Shown here in pieces: positions 18,976 to 29,164 of a DNA stretch of 64,000 nt. The first letter of the stretch is position 1. Each line of letters begins with the position of its first letter. This DNA is from Bacteriovoracia bacterium. GTDB lineage: Bacteria; Bdellovibrionota; UBA1018; CAIPTA01. The position numbers and the translations under genes were made by a program. The notes beneath the pieces were generated by a model. That model had not been told where the DNA came from and did not search any database. It was given only the letters and a program-made list of their open reading frames with translations. Location: contig JBFWVL010000002.1 in the NCBI GenBank assembly GCA_050246755.1, positions 192,001 through 256,000 on the forward strand, written 5' to 3'.

Positions 18976-20333
18976 AAAAAGTACGCTTCGATCTCGGCGT
19001 GCACGCAGGTACTCTGCTCACCATGGCCGGCGGAAAACCCATTCCAGCCTTCGACCAGTTCGTGGGCGTAAAGGACGGCAAAATCGTGGAAGTGGGGCGC
19101 TATACGCCCGCGCGGAAAAAGGAATCGCGTAAATTTCTCGATGGCAGCCACCAGGTTTGCCTGCCCGGGCTGATCAATGGCCATACCCATCTGCCGATGA
19201 CGCTTTTTCGCGGCCTCGAGGACGACGTGCCTTTTCACACCTGGCTCTTCGAGCGCATCCTTCCCCTCGAAAACGAGCTCGTTTCGAGGGCGTTCGTGCG
19301 CGACGGCACCGATCTCGGCGCGCTCGAATCCATCCGTTTCGGGGTTACCACGGTAAATGAAATGTATTTTTATGCCGCCGAGGCTGCCGCCCGGCTCGAC
19401 GCGGCCGGCCTGCGCGGGATCGTATCCCAGCCGATGGCGAAGTTTCCTCTGCCCGAGGATAAAATCCTGGGCACGGATAAGTTCAAGCTTGCCGGGGCGC
19501 TAGCCAAAAAATTCCGCGGGCATCCGCGGATCGAGATCGCGCTCGGGCCCCACGCTCCCTATAGCTGCGACGATGAAATGCTCCGCCGCGTGGGTGCCTA
19601 CGCGCGGGAACACTCCATGCCGGTGCATATCCACGTGTCGGAAACGGAGCGCGAGGTGGAAGAGTCGCGCCAGGAGTTCGGCAAGAGCCCCGTGCAGCGC
19701 CTGGCCGATCTGGGAGTGCTCGGCAAACGGACTTTTTGCGCCCACTGCGTGCACCTCGACGAATCCGACCGCCGCGTGTTGCGGCAAAGCGGGGCCACCG
19801 CGATCTATAATCCCGATTCCAATATGAAGCTCGGCTCGGGTATCTCACCCGTGACCGATTTTCTACGGCGCGGGATTCCCGTGGCTTTCGGTACCGACGG
19901 GGCCGCGAGCAATAACGACCTCAGCGTGTTCGGCGCGATGGACATCGGCACCAAGCTCCAGAAATTGGCGAATCGCGACAGCACCGCGATGATCGCGGCG
20001 CAGGCGCTCCGCATGGCCACCATCGGCGGCGCCGAGGCGCTCGGCATTGAAAGCCGCACCGGCAGCCTGGAAGTGGGCAAGAGCGCCGATTTGATCTTAG
20101 TGGATTTACGCTTGCCCCACCTACAGCCGGTGTACGAAGCCGTAAGCCACCTTGTGTACGCCACGAGCGGCCTCGAAGTTTCCGCCACCGTTTGCGAGGG
20201 AAAGCTCCTCTATGCGGGCGGTAAATACCTCACTCTCGACGTGCAGGACGTGCTCACGCGGGCCGCTTCCTGGCAGCGTAAGGTGAGCAAGAGCCTGAAA
20301 GCAAAAAAACAGCTCACGGCACCGGGTAGGTAG
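18972..20333 (+). CDS. Amidohydrolase, MTA/SAH deaminase-like
   Basis: NGHTH, PHAPY, HIHVSET, AHCV, GTDGAASNN; coupled to the PNP gene. Confidence 0.85.
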   Translation: MKKVRFDLGVHAGTLLTMAGGKPIPAFDQFVGVKDGKIVEVGRYTPARKKESRKFLDGSHQVCLPGLINGHTHLPMTLFRGLEDDVPFHTWLFERILPLENELVSRAFVRDGTDLGALESIRFGVTTVNEMYFYAAEAAARLDAAGLRGIVSQPMAKFPLPEDKILGTDKFKLAGALAKKFRGHPRIEIALGPHAPYSCDDEMLRRVGAYAREHSMPVHIHVSETEREVEESRQEFGKSPVQRLADLGVLGKRTFCAHCVHLDESDRRVLRQSGATAIYNPDSNMKLGSGISPVTDFLRRGIPVAFGTDGAASNNDLSVFGAMDIGTKLQKLANRDSTAMIAAQALRMATIGGAEALGIESRTGSLEVGKSADLILVDLRLPHLQPVYEAVSHLVYATSGLEVSATVCEGKLLYAGGKYLTLDVQDVLTRAASWQRKVSKSLKAKKQLTAPGR

Positions 20334-20391
20334 CCATCCTTTTTCTTCACCAAGCGTAAGCTTTTCCGGGCCTTACGCCGAAAAGTAGGGG

Positions 20392-21834
20392 GTGAAGTTT
20401 CTTATTTTTCCCGCCGCGTATTTTTCGCTCTTCGCCGGGCTCGTGCTTTGGATTATCTTCAGCCGGCTGAAAGCACGGCGTCCGGCCAGGCGGGCGAAGG
20501 TGCGCATTCTGCGCGAAGTACCGGGCGTTTCCCGGAACCCGGCTCCCGTCGCGCGGGAAAGCGTAGCGTTCGAGTGCACCCTTTTGCGGGTTCAGCACGA
20601 AGAACGATTGCCGGAAGGCGCGGCGCTGCTTAAAGGCGTGATGCTCCGCTACGGCGGGGAGCTCGCCTGCCAGAATGAGGCCGGCGTGAATTTCTATTTC
20701 CGCGACGAGGGCGACGGGCACTCGGCCCTGCTCGCCGTGAGCGCCGCGCGCGATTTAGGCGCGCTCCTGAGCGGCGGGAAAACGGCGCCCCGTTTTTCGC
20801 TCGCCCATGGGTTTGCGCGGTTCGTGCAGGAGGAAGGCAAAGAGAATCAGCTGCTCGGCGGCACGTTTCTCGAAGTGAATCGCCTGGCTCCCGCCGCAGG
20901 ACAGATCCTGCTTACGGAGCGCGTGGCGCGCTTTGCGGCGCCCACGGTGAAGTGCAAAACGAAAAATAGTCTCATCGCGTATTCCCATCATACGAGCCTC
21001 GGCGAGGTGCTGGCGCGCTGCGAGCGGGGGCTCTTCGGTGAGCTGGATGCCTACCATTCCGACGATCAGCTACGCGAGGTGCTCCACGCGCTCGGGGAAG
21101 ATCCTTCCGACGAACATTTCGTGGGTGTGGCCGGGCAGCTGCGCCGTTTCTCTTACAAAAATTGCTCGCCCGAAGTGGCGGCGGCGTTCCAGGCGCTGTT
21201 CCGCAAGGAGCTCGAGCGCAACGTGAGCTATCGGCTCTCTTCGCTCGTGGCCCTCGCTTCCCAGTTTTTTACCAAGGAGACGATCGGCCGCGAGCTCTAC
21301 GCCGATTTCGTGGAGGCGCTTCACAATCCGGATCGCCGCGTGAAATCGAACGTGGTGGAGCTTTTTATTCACTTGTATCCCAGTGAGGAAATCGCAGAAC
21401 TCCGCCCCTACGCCAAGAGCGGAGACCACCGTATCTCGGCCAATTTGCTGATCAAGAAGGCCCTCGAGCGGTTCGACGAAAAGGTGATACGGGCTCTTTA
21501 CGGAAGAGTTCGGGGCGGCAGCGTGATCCACGTGGCGAGCGCGCTTTTCGCCCTTGGGGAAATCGCCAAGTATTACCGCGCCCAGGACCCGGCCTTTCTC
21601 CGCAGCAAGCTTTCCTTTCTGCGCCTGTTTGAAGAAATTCCTTATTGGGTGCAGCATCCCAACGGGATGGTGAGGCGCCAGGCCGTGCATGCCGCCAAAA
21701 AGCTCGCAGACGCTAACCTGGACGAAAAACTACGGAAGATTTTTACCGGATCGGAAGATGCCGAACTGCTCGCGCTCTTCGAATCTGTCTATGGCTGGAA
21801 AAAGATCGCGAGCAGCGCTGGACGAAGCGCCTAG
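20392..21834 (+). CDS. Membrane-anchored protein with a degenerate cyclase-like domain and HEAT-like repeats
   Basis: N-terminal TM; segment resembling a class III cyclase fold without catalytic residues; HEAT-like D.RVKSN.VE and MVRRQAV motifs. Confidence 0.55.
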   Translation: MKFLIFPAAYFSLFAGLVLWIIFSRLKARRPARRAKVRILREVPGVSRNPAPVARESVAFECTLLRVQHEERLPEGAALLKGVMLRYGGELACQNEAGVNFYFRDEGDGHSALLAVSAARDLGALLSGGKTAPRFSLAHGFARFVQEEGKENQLLGGTFLEVNRLAPAAGQILLTERVARFAAPTVKCKTKNSLIAYSHHTSLGEVLARCERGLFGELDAYHSDDQLREVLHALGEDPSDEHFVGVAGQLRRFSYKNCSPEVAAAFQALFRKELERNVSYRLSSLVALASQFFTKETIGRELYADFVEALHNPDRRVKSNVVELFIHLYPSEEIAELRPYAKSGDHRISANLLIKKALERFDEKVIRALYGRVRGGSVIHVASALFALGEIAKYYRAQDPAFLRSKLSFLRLFEEIPYWVQHPNGMVRRQAVHAAKKLADANLDEKLRKIFTGSEDAELLALFESVYGWKKIASSAGRSA

Positions 21835-21866
21835 CCTCTGAGAAGCTTAAGCTCCCGGGAGCTTGC

Positions 21867-23567
21867 ATGCTGAAGTTAATGGAAAAATGGTACTTGCCGC
21901 TAGCCTTCTTCGCGGTGTGCGTGCTGAAATGGCCGGGCGCCTGGCTCTCCTATTCGCAAGGCAAATGGCTCGCCGTGCACTTCGCCGGCCTGGCCGTGAC
22001 CGTGCTCGCGCTGGCTCGTTTCCCGAAGGTGCCACGCTTGAAACTAGGGGAGACGGTTTTTCTGTTCGGCCTAATCCTGGCCTCCTTCAGCCACACTATT
22101 TATTTTTCTCCCCGCGGCTTCGAATTCACGATTCTGGATCGCTGGTCTTTTCTATTTCTCGCCCTGGGGGCCTGGTACGGCTTCCGCAGCGGAAAGCTTG
22201 CCTGGAAAGATTTTTGGTGGCCGCTCGCCGCGGCGCTGGCGGTAGTCTCGGCGATCGGGCTCGGGCAAATGTGGCAGGCGGGTTTCACCGGCGTGATGCC
22301 TTATCTTACCGTAGGCTCCACCTTCGGGCACACCAACAATACGGCGCAGTTCATGGGCATGGCGCTGCTACTCTGGTGGATGATTCCGCGCCCGCGGGTG
22401 CCGGCCTGGCTCATGCCCCTGCTGAGCGGGATTGCGCTCACGTATTTCTTTTTTCTTCGGGGGCGTTCCACCTTGATCGGATTCGCGCTCGGGCTCGTTA
22501 TTTTGGTGATTCTCCGTTACCGCCGGGAGGGCAAAGCGTTTTTTCAGCGGCGTGGAATTCTGGTGGCGGCCCTACTCGCGGCGTTTTTGTTCGGCGGATT
22601 TCAGCTGGCGCGGGGAAAGAGCTTTGCTGATTTGATTCAGTTCCAATTATTGTCGGAAAAATCTTCGATGGTCCAGTGGCGGGCCGATGTGTGGCGCCAG
22701 ACTCTCGAAATGATCCGCGCGAAGCCTTGGGGCGTGGGGGCTGATCGTTTTACCTTCGAGTTCATTCCCTTCCATGCGCGCGGGGTAACGCTCACCGAAA
22801 ACGGCATCGCCGATACTCCCCATAATGAGATCTTGCGCTATCTCGCTGAAGACGGAATCCCCTTGGCCACGCTCTACTTCCTGGCCTTCTGCTACTTGAT
22901 TTTTCGCTGGATCAGGCGGGAGGAAGACTGGTTCCGCTTCCTTCCTTTATTCGCTTTTATGGCGGTAGAAATCGTGGCTCAGTACGCCTTCAATAATCCG
23001 CTGCCTTCGATCGTGCTCGCCTTGCTCGTGGGCTATATGGCTGCTTGCGTCTGGCGCGAAGAGTTGGCGATTCCGCAGCGGCCCTGGGTGAGGGGGCTAA
23101 CCTGCGCCGTTCTTCTGCTGCAGCTCTTTTTTGCCACTAAGGTAGTGATCGCGCGCAGCTTCGAGCATGCTGAAACGCTCGAGAAGGCCACGCTCTCTTG
23201 CCGGGCCGTGCCGCGCAACTGGCATTCCTGCCTAACTCAGACCCGGATCGAGCTCGATCGTAACGACCTGCGCGCCGCGCGCGAATCCGCGCAGGATATT
23301 CTATTTAATGATCCCTGGAATTTCTCGGCGATGCGCTATCTCAGCATCGTGGCCTTTCGCCAAGGCGACCGTCTCGAGGGATGTTTCTACCTCTGGAAAT
23401 ATGATCATCTATTTTTTGATCGCTCTTCGATTCACGACAAATTGGCCCTGAACTGCCCGCCGAAGTGGCTGGATTATTTTCGGCGCAAGAATCCGGAAAA
23501 CTACCTGCCCCGGTACGAGGAGTATCAGCGGAAGCAGAAGGGCTCTAGCCTTCGTTTTTGGGAATAA
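21867..23567 (+). CDS. O-antigen ligase/Wzy_C family membrane protein with C-terminal TPR-like region
   Basis: STFGHTN, R..VW...L.MI...PWGVG...F, PHNEILRYLAEDG. Confidence 0.85.
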   Translation: MLKLMEKWYLPLAFFAVCVLKWPGAWLSYSQGKWLAVHFAGLAVTVLALARFPKVPRLKLGETVFLFGLILASFSHTIYFSPRGFEFTILDRWSFLFLALGAWYGFRSGKLAWKDFWWPLAAALAVVSAIGLGQMWQAGFTGVMPYLTVGSTFGHTNNTAQFMGMALLLWWMIPRPRVPAWLMPLLSGIALTYFFFLRGRSTLIGFALGLVILVILRYRREGKAFFQRRGILVAALLAAFLFGGFQLARGKSFADLIQFQLLSEKSSMVQWRADVWRQTLEMIRAKPWGVGADRFTFEFIPFHARGVTLTENGIADTPHNEILRYLAEDGIPLATLYFLAFCYLIFRWIRREEDWFRFLPLFAFMAVEIVAQYAFNNPLPSIVLALLVGYMAACVWREELAIPQRPWVRGLTCAVLLLQLFFATKVVIARSFEHAETLEKATLSCRAVPRNWHSCLTQTRIELDRNDLRAARESAQDILFNDPWNFSAMRYLSIVAFRQGDRLEGCFYLWKYDHLFFDRSSIHDKLALNCPPKWLDYFRRKNPENYLPRYEEYQRKQKGSSLRFWE

Positions 23568-24516
23568 AGCTCAGGATATTATTCGTGCGCACGAGATCGA
23601 GCACCTTGCGCTTAGAGAGCGCGGAAAGCTCCACGAATTTCAAGCCGTAGCCGGGAGCGGAATCTGGCTCATTGCGCTTCCAGATCACTTCGCATACGGC
23701 GTGATGAGCGTCTTCTGAGTCCGGAAGGCGGAACTGGAGTTCCACCTTTCCTCCTGGATCTAGGCGGACGCCTGGTTTTTCGGTCAGTTGTTTCTGGTCG
23801 AGGAAGAATCCGCCGAACCCGAGCTGGGTGGTAATGAGATTTACGTTTCCCAGCTGGAGCGCGACGCTGGCTTCCACGTTTTCCTGCTTTGGGTTCCCGT
23901 AAACGTATTCCCATACGAGGCGGTGGAGCTTTTCTAGATTTACGGGTTTTTCGAGGAACGCGAAGGCGCCGAGATCCAGCAGAGACTCTAGCTCGTATTC
24001 TTCCGGGTATCCCGAAATGAAAATCAGGCCCGGTTCATAGAAGTGTAGCTTGCGGATTTCGGCCAGAAAGCTGAGCCCGTTCATGCGCGGCATGCGGATA
24101 TCGGAGATCACCACGTCGATTTTCAATTTACGGATCGCGTCGAGGGCCAGCACTGGGTCATTATAGGTATGGGATTCGATTCCTCGCAGTTGAAAGAACT
24201 GCTGTAGGATGGAAGTGAGATCCGTCTCGTCGTCCAGGATCAGCACGCGCGGGGGAACGGAGGGGGTATCGCTCTGTAGTTTCTGTTTCTCCATGAAGAG
24301 CAGAAAATCGGCGAGGAGTTCAGTTTTGCTGTCGCTACGGGTTTTTTCGAGAATTTTTTTCAGGTGATTATTCACCGTATGCAGGCTGATATCTAGTTTC
24401 TTTCCCAATTCCACCGGGCTCACGGTGCGGTTGGCGAGATGGTAAAAAACTTCGGTCTCCCGTTCGGTGAGCTGGAAGTTTTTGGCGTATTGTTCCACGA
24501 GATTTTTTAGTGCCAT
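23545..24516 (-). CDS. Response regulator with LuxR HTH - REC - PilZ-like domains
   Basis: LTERETEV...ISLHTVNNHLKKI; LDDE, SDIRMPRMNG, KP; C-terminal CEVIW..PGYGLKF; alternative GTG start at 24555. Confidence 0.85.
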   Translation of the reverse strand: MALKNLVEQYAKNFQLTERETEVFYHLANRTVSPVELGKKLDISLHTVNNHLKKILEKTRSDSKTELLADFLLFMEKQKLQSDTPSVPPRVLILDDETDLTSILQQFFQLRGIESHTYNDPVLALDAIRKLKIDVVISDIRMPRMNGLSFLAEIRKLHFYEPGLIFISGYPEEYELESLLDLGAFAFLEKPVNLEKLHRLVWEYVYGNPKQENVEASVALQLGNVNLITTQLGFGGFFLDQKQLTEKPGVRLDPGGKVELQFRLPDSEDAHHAVCEVIWKRNEPDSAPGYGLKFVELSALSKRKVLDLVRTNNILSFIPKNEG

Positions 24517-24585
24517 GCGTGCAAAGAATTTAAACGTTCTTTGTTGAAAAATCACCTGAATTCTTTGTTTAGTTTACAATGAGGA

Positions 24586-25224
24586 ATGACTTGCACGCTC
24601 TGCAGAGGGACCGCTTTATTTTGGTGCGAAGCCCCGGACCGTAAAAAATATTTTCGCTGCGGAAATTGTTTCCTCGTTTTCCTCGAACCTGCCTCGCATC
24701 CCAATGCGGAGCGGGAGTTGGCGCGTTACCGGGAACACAATAATTTACTGAATTCTCCCTCGTATCTCAGCTATTTGGACAGGCTCGCCGCACCCGTGAC
24801 GGCGGCGATTGCACCGGGGAAAATGAAGGGTTTCGACTATGGCTGTGGCCCGGTGGAAGGGATGCGTCACTTGCTGGAGCCCCGCGGCTTTTTTATTTCC
24901 TCGTATGACCCCTATTTTTTTCCTCGCGAAGAACTGCTTAAATTTAGCTATGATTTTGTGCTCTGCTCGGAGGTAGTGGAACATTTTTTTCAGCCCCGCG
25001 AAGATTTTTCGCGGCTGCAGCCCTGCCTCGAGCCCGGATCGATTTTGGGCATTAGCAGCCGGCTCTATCCGGAATCGAGCGAAGAATTTGCGCATTGGGG
25101 TTATCGCCGTGATCCCACGCACGTGAGTTTTTTTTCGGCCAAAACGGTGCACTGGCTGGCGCGTGAATTCGGGTGGGAGCTACTAAACTTAGAGTCACCT
25201 ATCTGGATTTTGCGGAAGCGCTGA
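24586..25224 (+). CDS. Class I SAM-dependent methyltransferase with N-terminal Zn ribbon
   Basis: CxxC...CxxC; DYGCGP; EVVEHF; YRRDPTHV.FF. Confidence 0.88.
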   Translation: MTCTLCRGTALFWCEAPDRKKYFRCGNCFLVFLEPASHPNAERELARYREHNNLLNSPSYLSYLDRLAAPVTAAIAPGKMKGFDYGCGPVEGMRHLLEPRGFFISSYDPYFFPREELLKFSYDFVLCSEVVEHFFQPREDFSRLQPCLEPGSILGISSRLYPESSEEFAHWGYRRDPTHVSFFSAKTVHWLAREFGWELLNLESPIWILRKR

Positions 25225-25228
25225 GAAG

Positions 25229-25717
25229 TCAGCCTTCTGGACGGAAGCGCCGGTGATCGAGCAGCACGAAGAGGCCGGTGGCCCGCCAGCTCATTTTTTG
25301 GTAGCCGTGATTGCGTACCTTGGTGGCCTCAGATTCAAATTTCACCACGCTGTCGTAGTTTTCCCAGGCGCAGAGGAATTTTAGGTGCATCGTGGCGATG
25401 TTTACGTCGACGTGATCGTTCACGGTGGTTTTTACCCGGGCTTGCTTGACCAGCGGAACCGGGCCGCGAAAAAGCTTAGAGATCACTTTTACTTCTTTGG
25501 ACCTTTCGAGCACGGCGTCGTACTCGGCCAGCGCCGGCGCCGCATCGCGCTCGAAGCAGTCCACGCAGAATATTTCCCTTTTTAGCTCCGCGGGTGGGGC
25601 GGGGTGGAAGCGGTAGCGCTCCGGATTATTGAAAACCACGCAGTTTTTGCACACCCGCGCTTCGCAGGCTTCGCAGGTATTCGTGTCTTTGGGGGCGGCG
25701 CAAAGTTGGCAGGCCAT
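25229..25717 (-). CDS. Hypothetical Cys-rich (Zn-finger) protein
   Basis: Four CxxC pairs in the N-terminal half. Confidence 0.7.
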   Translation of the reverse strand: MACQLCAAPKDTNTCEACEARVCKNCVVFNNPERYRFHPAPPAELKREIFCVDCFERDAAPALAEYDAVLERSKEVKVISKLFRGPVPLVKQARVKTTVNDHVDVNIATMHLKFLCAWENYDSVVKFESEATKVRNHGYQKMSWRATGLFVLLDHRRFRPEG

Positions 25718-25723
25718 AAATCC

Positions 25724-26311
25724 TTAACGGGAGGTGGTTTTTAGGTTCGGACGACAGCGATAACGCAGAACGGTGCGTTTGCCACGTATTTTGCGAAAAT
25801 TACGGAGATCGTAGCGCGTAATCGAGCTGGGAGCCCGGCGGTGGCGCGTGAGGGTGGCACTGATCAGCTTACCTTGTTCGTCGAGAATACCCATATGGCC
25901 TCTCATCACGAGCAGGTCGCCCGCTTCGGCGTCTTGGTCGTTTACCGCTTCGAACTCGGGCGCGTCGAGAATGGAATCGGTGGGACGAAATGCGTAGGGC
26001 AGGCCGGCCCGGCGGTACACCTCGTGGACGAAATGCGAGCAATCGGTTTCCACTTCGGGGGGAAGCCGCAGGTCAGGACCTTTTCGGTAGCGCGTGGAGG
26101 GATAATTCGTGGGGTCGGCCACCTCTAGAATCGCAGCGCGATCATCGGCGGCCAGGGAGCGGCATACCCCGCCATTGGTCTGGTGGATGGTGGCCCGAGA
26201 TTTTCCGCGGGCGAGGCGCTGGCGCCGGGCCGGGCTCGCGCAGCTCGCCAGAATTCCGGCCGCTAGTACTAGGCAGAGCAAGTTCCAGCGATGGCGGAAA
26301 TGGGGCAACAC
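25724..26311 (-). CDS. NlpC/P60 family lipoprotein
   Basis: Lipobox LASC; DCSHFV..VY, GDLL, GHMGI. Confidence 0.85.
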   Translation of the reverse strand: MLPHFRHRWNLLCLVLAAGILASCASPARRQRLARGKSRATIHQTNGGVCRSLAADDRAAILEVADPTNYPSTRYRKGPDLRLPPEVETDCSHFVHEVYRRAGLPYAFRPTDSILDAPEFEAVNDQDAEAGDLLVMRGHMGILDEQGKLISATLTRHRRAPSSITRYDLRNFRKIRGKRTVLRYRCRPNLKTTSR

Positions 26312-27585
26312 TAGGCCGCCTTCGGTGCTTTCGGAATTTTGGGAAGGCCGGGAGGTGCTGGAGGCGCGGCGGCCGTGGCACGTAGGGGTTTAGGCGCTTC
26401 TTTGGGAGCGGCGCTTTCCGTCTCCAGCCCTGGATACTGCTCGAGGCTGATTCCGTCGGGCTCGGCCTTGGCTTCCGGAGAAGTATCGATGATGGACGTA
26501 GCCGTATTGCCGAAAGAGAGGTTGCGCTGGAAGTCGGCCGGGTTCGAAGCGTATTCGAGGGCCGTGGCCACCGTGATGGAGCCGTTTTGCGCCAGTTCCA
26601 CGAGGGCTTGGTCGAAGGTCTGCATTCCCGACACTTCTTTGCCTTTTTCGATGAAGCTGGGGATCTCGCCCGTCTTGCTCGCATCGGCGATGCACTCGGC
26701 GATCCCGAAATTATTGATGAGAATTTCCTGGGCCACCACGCGCTTGCCATTTTTGTCGGGGATCAAGCGCTGGCTGATGATGGCGTGCAAATTGTCGGCT
26801 AAGCGCAAGCGGGCGGCGTCCTGCTCGGCGGCGGGGTAGAGCGATATCAGGCGGCCGATGGTCTTCATGGCGTCGGAGGTGTGCACGGTGGAGAACACGA
26901 GGTGGCCGGTCTCGGAGGCCTTGAGGGCGATATCGAGGGTTTCATGATCGCGCATCTCGCCCACGAGGATCACGTCGGGATCCTGTCGCAAGCCCGATTT
27001 CAGCGCCTGCGCGTAGCTCGCTGTATCGCGGCCGAGCTCACGCTGTGAGATCCGGCATTTTTTCTGGGAATGCAGGTATTCCACCGGATCTTCCACGGTG
27101 AGGATATGCATGGCCTGCGAGGCGTTTAGGTAGTCGATCATCGCGGCGAGGGTGGAGCTTTTTCCGCTGCCGGTGGCGCCGGTTACCAGGATGAGGCCGC
27201 GGGAGGCATCGGCGATCTTTCGCAGCACGCCGGGAAGTTTCAAGTCGTCGATGGAGGGAACTTGCTGGGGGATCACGCGCAATACGATGCCCAGGCCCTG
27301 CACGGTGCGGTACACGTTGTAGCGGAAACGGCCGAGGTTTTTTACCTCAAAGGATCCATCCAGATCCTGGATCTCGGTTACCTTCGTGCGCAGCACGGGA
27401 TCGGTGATAATCATTTGCGCTACGCCGGCGATTTCTTCGCCCGTAAAAAGCGGGCAATTTACGGGGGCGAGGCCATCGGACACGCGCAGCGCCGGCGCCA
27501 TTCCGCAGAGAAAATGGATATCGCTCGATCTTTGCTGGACCGCCAGCTGGAGCACGCCGAGAAATTTTTTCTGCAGATCGTTCAT
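26311..27585 (-). CDS. pilT: PilT/PilU type IV pilus retraction ATPase
   Basis: SDIH, GATGSGKSST, EDPVEY, LRQDPDVILVGEMRD, TGHLVFST.H, GMQTFDQ. Confidence 0.92.
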   Translation of the reverse strand: MNDLQKKFLGVLQLAVQQRSSDIHFLCGMAPALRVSDGLAPVNCPLFTGEEIAGVAQMIITDPVLRTKVTEIQDLDGSFEVKNLGRFRYNVYRTVQGLGIVLRVIPQQVPSIDDLKLPGVLRKIADASRGLILVTGATGSGKSSTLAAMIDYLNASQAMHILTVEDPVEYLHSQKKCRISQRELGRDTASYAQALKSGLRQDPDVILVGEMRDHETLDIALKASETGHLVFSTVHTSDAMKTIGRLISLYPAAEQDAARLRLADNLHAIISQRLIPDKNGKRVVAQEILINNFGIAECIADASKTGEIPSFIEKGKEVSGMQTFDQALVELAQNGSITVATALEYASNPADFQRNLSFGNTATSIIDTSPEAKAEPDGISLEQYPGLETESAAPKEAPKPLRATAAAPPAPPGLPKIPKAPKAA

Positions 27586-27594
27586 TGGATTTCC

Positions 27595-28014
27595 TTAGGG
27601 GCCAGAGGTAACCATGCCGTTGGACTCGCAGGAAACGGGGCGGCCGGGCAGGCCGGGCAGCACAGTGCGCTCGTGCGGATGCAGGTGCACCACGAAGGAA
27701 TCTCCCGACTGCACGCTGAGCGAATACCCACCCGGCACCAGCGCGGCGGAGCCCTGGTAGGTTTTCGAAACGAAGCTGTTCCTTTTATTTTGCACGTAGA
27801 GGCTCAGGCCCACGGTGGCGGCGTTAGCGTCTTTAGGGTCTACGCGCAGGTAAGCGATGCCAAGCCCCAGCGCGGGATCATCGGGAGTTTCCCGGCAGGT
27901 AAAGGTGATCACGCGGGCCGGAGTTCCGCCAAAGCTAGCGGGCTTACGCGCTGGTTTAGCGCTGGCATCGTAGGGCAGTAAAAGAAAAAGGCCGAAAAAT
28001 AGCAAAAAGCGCAT
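27595..28014 (-). CDS. Hypothetical secreted protein
   Basis: Signal peptide; SD-like GGAG upstream. Confidence 0.65.
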   Translation of the reverse strand: MRFLLFFGLFLLLPYDASAKPARKPASFGGTPARVITFTCRETPDDPALGLGIAYLRVDPKDANAATVGLSLYVQNKRNSFVSKTYQGSAALVPGGYSLSVQSGDSFVVHLHPHERTVLPGLPGRPVSCESNGMVTSGP

Positions 28015-28113
28015 GGAGGTGCTCCTTGCCGTACTCTTCGGAATTCCGGGGCGAAAGTTGAGATCTGCCCGAAATTAGGGCGGAATGCAAAAAGGAGTGA
28101 TTTATTTCTAAAA

Positions 28114-29118
28114 TCAGTGGCTTAAGGCGGGAAAGCGAAGCTCTTGGATGAGGTTTTTCATTTCGGCGTGGGCCTGCATCGTCTTTACACGCTCAAAATC
28201 TGGGAACGGAGCGCGAGCCGCCACGTAGCGCATCCACTGCTTTACCCGGCGCACGGAGTAATTGGGATTGTCGGAAAGCGGTTCGCTAATATCCATAAAG
28301 CGCTCGAGCAGCCGGCGCCATTCTTCGGCGCTGGGATAGGCGGGAGCTTCGGCCTTTAGGATCCCAAGTTCCCTGGCCACCTGGCCCGCCAGCTCCGGAT
28401 TAGCGAGCGCGCCGCGGCCGAGCATGAAGTGCTCACAGCCGGTTTGTTCGCGGCAGAGCTTAAAGTGATCGAGGGTCCAGATCTCGCCATTCGCCACCAC
28501 CGGGACCGATAGATTTTTCCTAATCTCCCCAATCGGGCCCCAGTAGGCGGGTGGCATATAGCCTTGGGTTTTGGTGCGGCCGTGGATCGTGATCCAGTCT
28601 GCCCCTCCGCGGGCAGCCCGCTCGGCATTTTCATGGATCTGGTTGATATCGTCCCAACCGAGGCGGAGCTTGGCCGAAACCGAGACTTCTTTCGGCACGG
28701 CTTCCCGCACGGCCTTTACGATGGCTTCGATGCGGGGCGGATCTTTCAGGAGAGCGGCGCCGCCGTCGTGGTTGTTCACCGTGGGAGCCGGGCATCCGAA
28801 GTTGAGATCGATCCCGGTAGCGCCCATTTCCACGGCGCGGGCGGCGGAAAGGGCGAGGCGTTCCGCGTTGCCGCCCAATAGCTGAAAGAGCACGGGCACG
28901 CCCGAATCCGTGCGCGAGCCCTTGGCTAGCTCCACGGCGTGGCGGCGGTAGCATTTTTTGGGCAGCGCAATCTGGCTGATGCGCAGGAACTCGGTCACGC
29001 AATGGGTGAATCCCGGCTTCTCGGTGAGGAGCGCGCGCATGGGTGCATCGGTTACCCCCTCCATGGGGGCCAGCACGAGCGCGGGCTGATTTTTGCGGAT
29101 CCAGGCGTCCATGGGCAT
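28114..29118 (-). CDS. tRNA-dihydrouridine synthase (DusC-like)
   Basis: LAPMEG, DLNFGCP, SAKLRLG, IHGRT, ANGEI, MLGRGAL. Confidence 0.93.
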   Translation of the reverse strand: MPMDAWIRKNQPALVLAPMEGVTDAPMRALLTEKPGFTHCVTEFLRISQIALPKKCYRRHAVELAKGSRTDSGVPVLFQLLGGNAERLALSAARAVEMGATGIDLNFGCPAPTVNNHDGGAALLKDPPRIEAIVKAVREAVPKEVSVSAKLRLGWDDINQIHENAERAARGGADWITIHGRTKTQGYMPPAYWGPIGEIRKNLSVPVVANGEIWTLDHFKLCREQTGCEHFMLGRGALANPELAGQVARELGILKAEAPAYPSAEEWRRLLERFMDISEPLSDNPNYSVRRVKQWMRYVAARAPFPDFERVKTMQAHAEMKNLIQELRFPALSH

Positions 29119-29164
29119 TCTTCTATCGTTTCTCTTGGCGAGTGGGCAAGGCCTGCGATAGGAA

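Noticed and set aside
19443-19458. TTTCCTCTGCCCGAGG as another copy of the 13-mer
   Set aside because: It has three mismatches and lies in a conserved enzyme, so it is compatible with chance.
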